A DNA stretch of 32,000 bases from Mycolicibacterium smegmatis (GTDB lineage: Bacteria > Actinomycetota > Actinomycetes > Mycobacteriales > Mycobacteriaceae): contig NZ_LN831039.1 of NCBI RefSeq assembly GCF_001457595.1, positions 4,170,001 through 4,202,000 of the forward strand, in the 5' to 3' direction. The notes beneath the pieces are model-generated. The model worked only from the letters and a program-made list of their open reading frames with translations, had not been told where the DNA came from and did not search any database. Positions 1-8,341 of this stretch are shown in pieces. Position numbers and translations under genes: made by a program. Each line of letters starts with the position of its first letter. Positions within the stretch are counted from its first letter, which is position 1.

Positions 1-1044
1 ATGACCACTCCCCTCGGTGATCCCGTAGTTGGCGAGTTGAATCGCGTGGGGAACGCGGGCCTGCAGCTTGCGCAGAAGGTCTTCGCCACCGGTGTTCATC
101 AACACCCGCAGCGAGGACAGGTCGGCCACGGCGAAGTCGGGGTGGTCGAGTATGCGCATCCAGATGGTCTCGAAACACGGGATCGCGTGGGTGACCCGCT
201 CCTCGACCATCGCACGTAGCGATTGCGCGGGGTCGAAGACACCGGCATGGACGAAAGATGCGCCTGCGGTGATGCAAGCGGTGAGGGTGGCCAGTCCCGC
301 GGTGTGGAAGAGGGGTAGCGGGCACCAGAACACAGACGTCTCGTCGAGCAGGTAGCGGTCGAACGCGAGCGACGTTCCCTGCGCGACAACAGCCACGTGG
401 GCGATCATGCACGCTTTGGGCGATGCCGAGGTACCCGACGTATACATGAGATACGCGACCTCGCCGCCGGGTGCGGGTTCTTCCTGGTCGACGCCGTGCC
501 GGCTGGTCCGTTCCCTCGGGTGGGTCGTCGGCAGGCCGACGGCGCTCTGATGGGTGAAGGCCCGGGCCGGCGGTGAGTATCCGTCGTCGGCGAGGACGAT
601 GATGCGTCGCAGACGGGGCGTGGCGGTCAACGCGAGGTCCGGACCCGGCGCTTCGGCGAGGCCCGGAATCGCACTCAGCAGTTCGGCCGGCCGGTCGGAG
701 TGCTGGTTGGGCGCAATCGTGATGACTGCTGCGAGATCGCTGTGGGCGATCACGTAACTCAGTTCGTCGGTGCGGAAACGATCGTTGATCGCGACGGTGA
801 CTGCGCCGGCACGGGCACAGGCGACGATGGCGGCGATCATGTCGAGCGATGCGGGCATCCACAACCCGACATGGTCACCGGCCTGTACACCGGCTCGGCG
901 CAACATCCGGACGAAGTCGTCGACGCGAACATCCATCTCTGCGTAGGTGTATCGCTGGTCGGGAAAGGCGAACACCGAATCGGGATGTGCCGAGGCGCTG
1001 CGGCGCAGCAGGTCGCTGAGGTTACGCGGGACCGCTTCTGTCAT
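1..1044 (-). CDS. AMP-dependent acyl-CoA synthetase/ligase, N-terminal 348 codons (3' end runs off the left edge)
   Basis: Absent from the ORF track because there is no stop in the window. My reverse translation from ATG (complement of 1042-1044) gives MTEAVPRNLSDLLRRSASAHPDSVF... It contains the adenylate-forming motif LMYTSGTSASPKACMIAH (complement of about 400-450) and ends ...LANYGITEGSGH at base 1. Same strand as the crotonase gene, 32 bp downstream of it. Confidence 0.85.
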   Translation of the reverse strand, partial: MTEAVPRNLSDLLRRSASAHPDSVFAFPDQRYTYAEMDVRVDDFVRMLRRAGVQAGDHVGLWMPASLDMIAAIVACARAGAVTVAINDRFRTDELSYVIAHSDLAAVITIAPNQHSDRPAELLSAIPGLAEAPGPDLALTATPRLRRIIVLADDGYSPPARAFTHQSAVGLPTTHPRERTSRHGVDQEEPAPGGEVAYLMYTSGTSASPKACMIAHVAVVAQGTSLAFDRYLLDETSVFWCPLPLFHTAGLATLTACITAGASFVHAGVFDPAQSLRAMVEERVTHAIPCFETIWMRILDHPDFAVADLSSLRVLMNTGGEDLLRKLQARVPHAIQLANYGITEGSGH

Positions 1045-1075
1045 GGTGATGGCTCGATTCCATTGCATGCTGCTC

Positions 1076-1867
1076 TCACTGCCCGGTGAATACCGGTGCT
1101 CGGTGTTCGCTGAATGCCGACATCCCTTCGGCAAAGTCACAGGACCCGATGTAGTCCCCGAAGGTCGTGAGTTCGAGCCCGAGTCCGACAGACACCGGTT
1201 GGTTCCTGGCGCTGTGAGCGGTGCGTTTCATGTGGGCCAAGGCCAAGGGACTGAGGTCGGCAATGTGCGCCGCAAGTTCGCCTGCGACGCCGATGAGTTC
1301 GTCGTGCGGGACGACTTCGTCGACGAGTCCGGTGAGGTGTCGGTGGCCTGCGGGCAGCAACTCACCGCTGAGTAGCAACCGCGCGGCGATGTTGGGCGGG
1401 ACCTTGTTGACCAAGCGAGCGACTCCCCCGGCGCCGGGGAGGACGCCGTACCGGGCGTGGCCGTCTCCGATGAGCGCGGTGTCGGCCGCCAGTACGATGT
1501 CGCAGCACAGCAGCAGTTCCATACCGCCTGCGACGGCCACCCCGTTGACGGCGGCGATCACCGGCCTCGGACTGTCTTCCAGCCGGCTCAGGGTTTTCGC
1601 GGTGTGGTCGACGAACCGCACGAGTCCCTCTCGATCACCGCGGTCGAGGAACTGCTTGAACTCCCGCAGATCGCCACCCGCGCTGAACGCCGGGCCCATG
1701 CCGGTCACGACGATCACACGACACGACGGGTCGTTCTCGATCTGGTCGAGCGCAGCATTCAGGTCGGAGATGAGCTGTTGTGACAACGCGTTCCGTTTGT
1801 CGGCACGGTTGAGCCGCAGCCAGCCGACCCCTCGTGTGATGGCGAGCAACACCGTGGATTTCGTCAC
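1076..1867 (-). CDS. enoyl-CoA hydratase/isomerase (crotonase family)
   Basis: C-terminal 264 codons of track ORF 1076..2203. Crotonase signatures are VIVVTGMGPAFSAGGDLREF and AAVNGVAVAGGMELLLCCD. The upstream 111 aa of the track ORF are Arg/Pro-rich non-protein-like, so I trimmed the start to GTG (complement of 1865-1867), which is preceded by GGAAGGA. Confidence 0.9.
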   Translation of the reverse strand: MTKSTVLLAITRGVGWLRLNRADKRNALSQQLISDLNAALDQIENDPSCRVIVVTGMGPAFSAGGDLREFKQFLDRGDREGLVRFVDHTAKTLSRLEDSPRPVIAAVNGVAVAGGMELLLCCDIVLAADTALIGDGHARYGVLPGAGGVARLVNKVPPNIAARLLLSGELLPAGHRHLTGLVDEVVPHDELIGVAGELAAHIADLSPLALAHMKRTAHSARNQPVSVGLGLELTTFGDYIGSCDFAEGMSAFSEHRAPVFTGQ

Positions 1868-2004
1868 GGATGGTCCTTCCCGGATGGGCCGACAGCGGCG
1901 TCGGCGAGGTCGGGGATGCGACTGTGTGCACGCCAAGGCGCAACCGCCTCGGCGAATGCTCGCCGGAAGTCGCCGCTCGTTCCGGCGATCAAGATTGTTC
2001 GCAT
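1864..2004 (-). CDS. candidate 46-aa small ORF translationally coupled to the crotonase gene (no family recognised)
   Basis: Below the 60-aa track cutoff. ATG (complement of 2002-2004) is preceded by GGAGG with a 5-nt spacer. Peptide: MRTILIAGTSGDFRRAFAEAVAPWRAHSRIPDLADAAVGPSGKDHP. Its TGA overlaps the crotonase GTG (GTGA, 1864-1867). GC3 is moderately high. An in-frame ATG at 2016 would give 50 aa. Confidence 0.25.
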   Translation of the reverse strand: MRTILIAGTSGDFRRAFAEAVAPWRAHSRIPDLADAAVGPSGKDHP

Positions 2005-2029
2005 CGCTGCCTCCATGCCCCGCCATCTC

Positions 2030-2060
2030 AATAAGCACAGTGTCGAAAAAAAATAAGCAC
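2030..2060. promoter_or_regulatory. direct repeat AATAAGCAC x2 (2030-2038, 2052-2060) bridged by an A8 run; candidate operator/promoter element of the crotonase-ligase operon
   Basis: Read directly: tcAATAAGCACagtgtcgaaaaaaAATAAGCACtcc. The 22-bp register equals two helical turns. AT-rich in a GC-rich intergenic region between divergent genes. Confidence 0.3.
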
Positions 2061-2250
2061 TCCGTCAAGTATCGGCGTGGACGCCTAGTCCGGAGGGGCC
2101 GACTGGGGGCGTCCGACCGGACGTGCGCGATGCGACGACGCCGGGCCGCCAGCCCGAAGTCGTTGTGCCGTAAGGCCATAACCGATGGCGACCGATCAGA
2201 CACCTCGCGACCGAAACGGGTGACCGCGTCGCCGACAACAAGCTGATAAA

Positions 2251-2275
2251 AATCAGCACTGTGTGGATTCGTGCT
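2251..2275. promoter_or_regulatory. AATCAGCACTGTGTGG (related to the 2030 repeat, CACAGTG/CACTGTG core) plus inverted repeat AGCAC-N11-GTGCT; candidate TetR autoregulatory operator
   Basis: Read directly about 35-55 bp upstream of the TetR start at 2308. It shares 8/9 positions with AATAAGCAC, and its palindromic core CACTGTG is the reverse complement of the CACAGTG at 2035-2041. Confidence 0.3.
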
Positions 2276-2307
2276 AACCTGACTGCCGTGACAGGGAAGT
2301 TCGCCCG

Positions 2308-2907
2308 TTGACCCGACGGAGATCGACCGCGCCGAGCAAAGGCGACCGGCGACGCGAAGCGGTGTTGGACGCGGCCGAGGCTCTCCTGAGCACGACGGGT
2401 TATCACGCGATGACGATCGCGGATATTGCCGACGGCGCGGGCATCACCCGCGGTGCGCTCTACTTCTACTTCGGCTCGAAGCAGGAGGTCATCACAGCTC
2501 TGTTTGCGCGCTGCGTCGAAGTGCTGCACGAGAAGTCCCGAGCAGCGGCCGCTGACGCCGCCAGCGGGGCCGCCGCCATCGATATGGCGATGGAGCGCAC
2601 GGAGGCGCTGTGGCGCGAGCACGGCGTGGTGATGCGCACGGCGATCGATCTCGCTTCCACCGTCGAGGAGCTCGACAGGCTGTGGGCCGATACCGCCGAT
2701 CTGTTCATCGACGCCATCAGGGCGATCTTGGAGAACATGGGAGTGCCGGCAGGTTCAGGCGTGGACGAATCCTCGTCGCTCGCCAAAACGTTGTGCTGGA
2801 TGATCGAACGGAACTTCTATCAGGCCTCACGGATTTCGAACGCAGAACTGGCGAAGGCGAGTCGGACCTGTGCCGAGATCTGGCGGCGGGCTGCGCGCAG
2901 CGCATGA
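2308..2907 (+). CDS. TetR/AcrR-family transcriptional regulator
   Basis: Track ORF, TTG start with GGGAAG upstream. N-terminal HTH: RREAVLDAAEALLSTTGYHAMTIADIADGAGITRGALYFYFGSKQEV. Divergent from the crotonase-ligase operon. Confidence 0.9.
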   Translation: MTRRRSTAPSKGDRRREAVLDAAEALLSTTGYHAMTIADIADGAGITRGALYFYFGSKQEVITALFARCVEVLHEKSRAAAADAASGAAAIDMAMERTEALWREHGVVMRTAIDLASTVEELDRLWADTADLFIDAIRAILENMGVPAGSGVDESSSLAKTLCWMIERNFYQASRISNAELAKASRTCAEIWRRAARSA

Positions 2908-3172
2908 GCCGGTCGGTCAGGCATAGTCCTCAGACCCGGGTTGATGCGTGGCGGTGCCCAGGAACACAATGGGGTGCCCTGTGCATGGCGCAGATGAAGC
3001 GAGTGAATATCACTTTTGCTCCGTGACCCAGCTTCAGGTCTACTGGTCGTACCGCCGCTACGTCGTCGGCACCTACTCTCCCTAGCTAGATGCCGGCGCG
3101 TAGCGGACGGTTGAGGCAGTGCGCTTTTCGGCTCGACAGCGCGGGCGCCAAGTCCGGTCCCCTGGTCCGCGG

Positions 3173-4660
3173 TCAGTCCGTGGCGTGTCGATCACGATAT
3201 CCCTCAAGAAGTTTGAGCCATACCTCGCTGACGGTCGGAAAACACGGCACGGCGTGCCAGAGCCGCTCGATGGGTACCTGCCCGGCGACTGCGATCGTGG
3301 CGGCGTGCAACATCTCGACGACTCCTGGCCCGACCATGGTCACGCCCAACAGGTACCGGTGGTCTTCGTCGACAACGATGCGAGCGGCACCGCGGTACCC
3401 GTCTGCATAGAAGTTCGCGCCCGGTACCGTCCCCATGTCGACATCGACGATGTAGATCCGGTGTCCACGCCGTCTGGCTTCGTCGGCGGTCAGTCCCACC
3501 GAACCGGCCTCAGGATCGGTGAAGAACGCCTGTGGCACGGCCAGATTGTTCGCAGTTGCGGCATGTGCACTCCATGGGGCTGTGTCCACGGTGTGGCCGC
3601 GGGCCCGGGCGCCGATCACGGCACCGGCAATGCGGGCTTGGTACTTGCCTTGATGCGTCAGCAGGGCACGGCGGTTGACATCACCGAGTGCATAGAGCCA
3701 CTGCCCCTCGACCCCACGCACCGAACAGGTGTCGTCGACATCCAGCCAGGTTCCCGGCGGTAGGCCGACGGTCTCCAACCCGATGTGGGTGGTGTTGGGT
3801 GTACGGCCGGTCGCGAAGAGGATCTGGTCGACCTCGATCTGTTCTCCGCTGTCGAGGCTGACCTGTACCGGACCGTTGGGCCGTGGGCGGTGCACTGCGG
3901 TGACCGAAACGCCCGTTCGTACGTCCACGCCCGCTTCGGCCAACCCGAGACGCACGTGCTCACCGACGAACGGCTCCATGCGGGGCAGCAGCGTGTCGGT
4001 GCGTGCCAGCAGCGTCACGTTCGCACCCAGCCCGCGCCAGGCCGTGGCCATCTCCACTCCGACACCCCCGCCGCCGACAACCGCCAGTCGGTCCGGCACG
4101 GTGCTGCTGTCGGTGGCCCTGCGGTTCGTCCACGGTTCGATCTCGGCCAGGCCCGGCAGGTGTGGAAGTGCGGCGGTGCTGCCGGTGCAGATCACCACCG
4201 CGTGGCGGGCATTGAGGGTCAGAACGTTGTGCTCGTCGGTGCTCACACACACCTTGCGTGCGCCGTCGAGTGTGGCGTGCCCACGCACCAGCCGAGGCCC
4301 CATGGTGGCGACCGCTTCTGCGACCGGGGTGTCGTCCCAGTTGGTGACGTATCGGTCGCGCCGCGCGAAGACTCCTTTGGAATCGATTGCGCCGACGACC
4401 GCTTCACGCGCGCCGTCAACGCGGCGCGCATCGGCAACCGCCAGCACCGGTCGCAGCAAGGACTTGCTTGGCACGCATCCCCAGAAGTTGCACTCCCCGC
4501 CGACGAGTTCACGCTCGACCAGTGCCACCGACAGGCCTTCGGCGTGGGCGCGGTCCGCGGCATTGATGCCGACCGGCCCGCCACCGATGACGACGACGTC
4601 GTATGTTTCGGCAGTCTCCGCCCCGCTGGGGGTCAGCGCGGTTGAATCTGGCTCTTTCAC
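3173..4660 (-). CDS. class I pyridine nucleotide-disulfide oxidoreductase (dihydrolipoamide dehydrogenase/LpdA-like flavoprotein)
   Basis: FAD Rossmann motif VVVIGGGPVG. Redox-active CxxxxC in GGECNFWGCVPSK. Second dinucleotide fold LAVVGGGGVGVE. C-terminal interface His...Glu element HAVPCFPTVSE. GTG start preceded by GGAAGGGA. Confidence 0.9.
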   Translation of the reverse strand: MKEPDSTALTPSGAETAETYDVVVIGGGPVGINAADRAHAEGLSVALVERELVGGECNFWGCVPSKSLLRPVLAVADARRVDGAREAVVGAIDSKGVFARRDRYVTNWDDTPVAEAVATMGPRLVRGHATLDGARKVCVSTDEHNVLTLNARHAVVICTGSTAALPHLPGLAEIEPWTNRRATDSSTVPDRLAVVGGGGVGVEMATAWRGLGANVTLLARTDTLLPRMEPFVGEHVRLGLAEAGVDVRTGVSVTAVHRPRPNGPVQVSLDSGEQIEVDQILFATGRTPNTTHIGLETVGLPPGTWLDVDDTCSVRGVEGQWLYALGDVNRRALLTHQGKYQARIAGAVIGARARGHTVDTAPWSAHAATANNLAVPQAFFTDPEAGSVGLTADEARRRGHRIYIVDVDMGTVPGANFYADGYRGAARIVVDEDHRYLLGVTMVGPGVVEMLHAATIAVAGQVPIERLWHAVPCFPTVSEVWLKLLEGYRDRHATD

Positions 4661-5080
4661 AATAGGTTCCCTTCCTCAAGTACCGCGGATTCAAGACCTG
4701 AACGTGAATTCATATGCTGTACAGGTGTTTTAACGACCCGGCCAAGCGGTCGGTGACATGTCTGATCTGCCGAACAGGCGTCGGACATCATTCGAGTTCT
4801 CGACAATATCGAACCTGGACAGCGCCAGTGCCCCAAACAATTTCGCAGCTCAGTGATCTGACTTGCCATATCCATACGGATGCCTCCGCTGTCGCTGATC
4901 ACCCAGCTCGCAGGCTGGTCACAGTTGATTCGGCTGGCTTCCCGTGGTGTCGATCAGCAGATCATGGGACGCAAGTCTGGTCGGACGCCGTCGCGCAAGT
5001 GGGGCGATACACCCAATATTCTGGGGCATAAGGCCCAAGATGTCCAGGCTTGATTCAGACGTCAAGCGGCCGACGCATGC

Positions 5081-6418
5081 TCAACCTCGGCGGCGCTCGC
5101 GCCGGGGCGACTTCGAAGTGGCGAAATTGCCGACATAATTCAGCGCACCGGTCATGGCAGCCTTGAACGGTTCTGACGATGAAGTGATGTGGGTGAGCAT
5201 GGTGCTGCCCTGGTGGGCAATGACGAGCACCGCAGCGAGGTGACGCGGATCTGCGTCGTCGCGTAGGTCGTGTTGCCGCACCATGGCGGTCATACCGTCG
5301 TAGAAGAGCGCCAGCCAGCGGTCGTAACCGGCGGCGATGTCGTCGAGAACCTCATCGTCGGCTTCGAGCAACTCACTGGTCAGCGACCCGTACACGCAGC
5401 CATTGCGCAGATAGTTCTCGCCGCCTTGCAACCAGCACAGTTCGGCCCATTTGTGCAGCGAGGAGATGTTGCGCAGTCCGCCCATCTCGGGTTGCGCGTG
5501 AAAGGCGAGGACGAAGTCCGTGCGGGCGGCGATGACTTGACGCACCAGATCCTGTTTGGTCGCGAAATAGTGTGACATCTGAGATCCGCTGACCCCTACC
5601 TCCGCGCGGACGTCGTCCAAACTGGTGCCGTTGACGCCGTGCTGGAGTATCAACTGAGCGGCGCCCTCCAGGATGCGGGAGCGGGTGGCCAAGCCTTTCC
5701 TCGTGAATCCCAGCGCCGCCGTTTCCTGAGGTGGCCGGCCCCGTGGCCGGTCACGCCGCCGGGGTATCGGCTGCACGCGGCGCTGTTGCGGATCTTTCGC
5801 GAACATCCGGATGTAGTTGACCAAAAATTGGGTCGCGTCGACCAATGGCCATTCCTGCCGGTAGGTGAACGCGAGCAGTCCGGCGCCCTGGTGGATGCCG
5901 ACGACGATCACCGCGAGGTGCCGCGGGTCCGCGTCGGGCCGCAGGAGGCCTGCACTCCTCATCCGGTGGAAGCCATCCTCCAGCAGAGTGATCCACCGCC
6001 AATAGCCCTCGGCGAAGGTCTTTCGGGTGTCCTCGTCCGTCTTGGCCAGCTGTCCCGCCAGGGCGTGATAGGTCGCTGTACCGCGGTAGCCGATCTTGCG
6101 CAGATACCGCACGTTGAGGTCGGCCCAACGCTGCCAATCCTCGAAGGTGTCCAGGCCACCGAGCGCAGGCTGGCGGTGAAAGTCCAGCACGATGTCGAGT
6201 TGGCGCCTCAGGACCGCCCTGATCAGATCGCCGCGGTCGCCGAAGTAGTGGTTGATCTGCGACCCGCTGACCGACGCCGCCTGGCGCACCTTCTCGACGT
6301 TGAAACCTTGCAAGCCACCACTGAGTAGGACGTCGGCCGCACACCGCAGGATGCGGTCTCGAGTCGCGAGCCCCTTGGCGGTGAAGCCACGTGTGGGCAA
6401 CGCATCCGCGGCGGTCAT
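5081..6418 (-). CDS. tandem-duplicated (two-module, single-chain) TetR-family regulator
   Basis: 445 aa. Module 1 begins GFTAKGLATRDRILRCAADVLL...VSGSQINHYFGDRGDL at aa 11. Module 2 begins GFTRKGLATRSRILEGAAQLIL...VSGSQMSHYFATKQDL at aa 237. Both modules end with DADPRHLA(V/A) ... HQG. An Arg/Pro-rich linker lies at about aa 207-235. Confidence 0.85.
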   Translation of the reverse strand: MTAADALPTRGFTAKGLATRDRILRCAADVLLSGGLQGFNVEKVRQAASVSGSQINHYFGDRGDLIRAVLRRQLDIVLDFHRQPALGGLDTFEDWQRWADLNVRYLRKIGYRGTATYHALAGQLAKTDEDTRKTFAEGYWRWITLLEDGFHRMRSAGLLRPDADPRHLAVIVVGIHQGAGLLAFTYRQEWPLVDATQFLVNYIRMFAKDPQQRRVQPIPRRRDRPRGRPPQETAALGFTRKGLATRSRILEGAAQLILQHGVNGTSLDDVRAEVGVSGSQMSHYFATKQDLVRQVIAARTDFVLAFHAQPEMGGLRNISSLHKWAELCWLQGGENYLRNGCVYGSLTSELLEADDEVLDDIAAGYDRWLALFYDGMTAMVRQHDLRDDADPRHLAAVLVIAHQGSTMLTHITSSSEPFKAAMTGALNYVGNFATSKSPRRERRRG

Positions 6419-6556
6419 GACGCCATATTAAATTAGCTCATCGTCGTCATGACGCCGACGAATACGCCGAGGTGGTCAGAACGGTCGGTGGTGCGGCATC
6501 ATGGCGGGGCCAGGGTGGGGGCAGCCCCCCCCAAACTGCGTCAGACGAGTAGACGG

Positions 6557-7480
6557 TCAGCCGACACAGGCAGTGTCGTGTTCGACGTCATGAGCGCCTT
6601 CGAGTAGGGCGACCAGTTCGCCGACGTCACGCCGACGCGATGTGGCAGGCCACACCGCCCACGTCCGACGTCGTAGCGGGTCACCTGCAATACGCCGCCA
6701 GGTCAAGGCCGAAGGCAACGTCTGCCGGCAACATGCCGGAGCAAGAGTGAACGTGTTCCCCAGACTGACTGTGGCATAGGCGAATTCTGCGCTCGTTTCT
6801 TGTGGACGCGCGGGCGTCGGTTCGACGTGCACGCCGAATCCGCGCAACGTCGCCGTCACCTCGTCGTACCACGGCGGGCTGCTGTCTCGCGCAAAACCTT
6901 GCCACCTCAGAGTGCCCAGCGCCTCGAGGTCCACGTCAGTGGCAGGCAGACACAGTTGTTCGGCTCGGGCCGCGCTCACGATGGCACCGAGAGGTTCGTC
7001 AGCCACGAGCGTGGCGTCGAGGTCGGAGGTCACCGGCCGGTGACGCAGTAAGCCGATGTCCAGTTCGCGGCGTTCCAACAGCTCGATCTGGTCAACGCTG
7101 CTCATCTGATGAATCGCGATGACGGTCGATCGCCAGGCCTGGGTCAGGGCCGCAAGGGCGGTGGCCGGCATGCCGGCGGGTAGCCCGAACGGTATACCGA
7201 GCCGCAACAGAGTGCTCGTGCGCTTGCCGGACGAGAGCACGTCCATCGCTTGGTCGTAACGGGACAACACCGCCTTCGCCTCGGTCAACAGCAGTTCGCC
7301 TGCCGCTGTGGTGCGTACTCCCGCCCTGGTGCGCTCGAGCAGTCTGACACCCCACCGCTGCTCCAGCCCCCGGATTGTGTGCGACACCGCCGGCTGGCTG
7401 AGTCGAAGCCGTTCCGCGGCCGCAGCGAACCGGCCCGTTTCGACTACGGCGACGAATGCTCGCATCTCGCGAAGATCCAC
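6557..7480 (-). CDS. LysR-family transcriptional regulator
   Basis: N-terminal LTTR HTH: MDLREMRAFVAVVETGRFAAAAERLRLSQPAVSHTIRGLEQRWGVRLLERT. Length 307 aa. Confidence 0.9.
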   Translation of the reverse strand: MDLREMRAFVAVVETGRFAAAAERLRLSQPAVSHTIRGLEQRWGVRLLERTRAGVRTTAAGELLLTEAKAVLSRYDQAMDVLSSGKRTSTLLRLGIPFGLPAGMPATALAALTQAWRSTVIAIHQMSSVDQIELLERRELDIGLLRHRPVTSDLDATLVADEPLGAIVSAARAEQLCLPATDVDLEALGTLRWQGFARDSSPPWYDEVTATLRGFGVHVEPTPARPQETSAEFAYATVSLGNTFTLAPACCRQTLPSALTWRRIAGDPLRRRTWAVWPATSRRRDVGELVALLEGAHDVEHDTACVG

Positions 7481-7580
7481 GTCAGACTCCGGTTTCTTCC
7501 ATCAAGCCGAACGGCACTGCCGCCGGCGTTGCGTTTTCGCAGCAACTCCCCGCCGTGCACCAGACTCCACTGCGGGTCAA

Positions 7581-7611
7581 GCTAATGGTACACAGCACAG
7601 AAACCATTAGC
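7581..7611. promoter_or_regulatory. perfect palindrome GCTAATGGT-N13-ACCATTAGC (copy 1 of a recurring CTAATGG...CCATTAG motif)
   Basis: Read directly, about 100 bp upstream of the LysR start. Related copies lie at 10463-10495 and 10746-10777. Confidence 0.4.
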
Positions 7612-8341
7612 TCGTGGGTCGCATGGTGCGCTGTCCGGACCCCAAGTTCAGAGCACAACCGACAAACCCCGCAGCGTCACTTATCCTCGGCCCTGCTTCG
7701 CCGACGTGCGGGCGCCGGATTTTCTGGGTCACGGTCTCCACTTGAAGGCGCAACGACCCGGCGATATCGGCCGGCTCACGCCTTTCGACGTGGATGCCGG
7801 CCGTCGTTGTTGCGCGGCCTGCGCCCACTGCGCTCGAACATCGGAACTACCCTTGCCGGTCGTCTGAACGCAGCAGTTCGGTGCACGAGATCCCCGCTCG
7901 CGATACAAGCCAGCACCGCGTCGACAATCGCGGTCGAACGAACAAGGCTCGACGAGCCATGGACTTTCTGGGTGCTCTCACCCATACTGGGATCACGACT
8001 CACGACCTATCGTTTCGCCGTCGGCCGGCGCCCCACTGTCCTTTGATGTGGTTGTGATGTGCCGCTAGCGCATGTCCAAGAAGCTTCAGTTCGCGAGCCC
8101 CGAGGAGATCTGTGTCAGTGCCCCTGACCGCCGCGCTTGTCTACATCGGCGTTCTGGCAAGCGATTTCGAGTGGCATTCGGTGCCAGGGGGACGCCACAG
8201 CGCGATGACGCTGCGTCACTTATCAAACCATGTGAAAGCGAGTGAAGACTCATGACTCAGACAACCTCGACTGGAGCAACCACGGCTGTGACAGCGTTGA
8301 CGGGCCCTACCGTGGTTCGCGAAGCGGCAGGCACCGAAACC

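Noticed and set aside
1868-2203. N-terminal 111-aa extension of the crotonase ORF (track 1076..2203)
   Set aside because: The extension is Arg/Pro-rich (RPRRRRCRPIREG...) and unlike crotonase N-termini. A GTG with SD at 1867 gives a normal 263-aa enzyme.
1221-2246. 341-aa plus-strand ORF
   Set aside because: It is antisense to the clearly recognisable crotonase gene. The product is Ser/Arg/Pro-rich without motifs, the typical shadow ORF of high-GC DNA.
3729-4733. 334-aa and 286-aa plus-strand ORFs (3729..4733, 3785..4645)
   Set aside because: They are antisense shadows of the flavoprotein disulfide reductase gene, with low-complexity Ser/Thr/Arg/Pro composition.
5639-6328. 229-aa plus-strand ORF and the 197-aa minus-strand alternative frame (5751..6344)
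   Set aside because: Both overlap the double-TetR gene, whose frame carries two unmistakable TetR HTH modules. These frames have no motifs.
6517-6532. GGGGGCAGCCCCCCCC (G5/C8 homopolymer hairpin) between LysR and the double TetR
   Set aside because: It could be a weak terminator or a slippage-prone tract. But it has only a 5-bp stem with a 3-nt loop and no U-tract, and one sequence gives no evidence of length variation.
7456-8046. 196-aa plus-strand ORF in the gene-less region
   Set aside because: Arg/Ser/Pro/Thr-rich, with no start context and no motif. It looks like an antisense or random open frame.
7674-8224. 12-bp direct repeat GCGTCACTTATC at 7674-7685 and 8213-8224
   Set aside because: Exact 12-mer pairs are expected by chance in 32 kb (order of tens under uniform composition), and nothing else suggests element boundaries.
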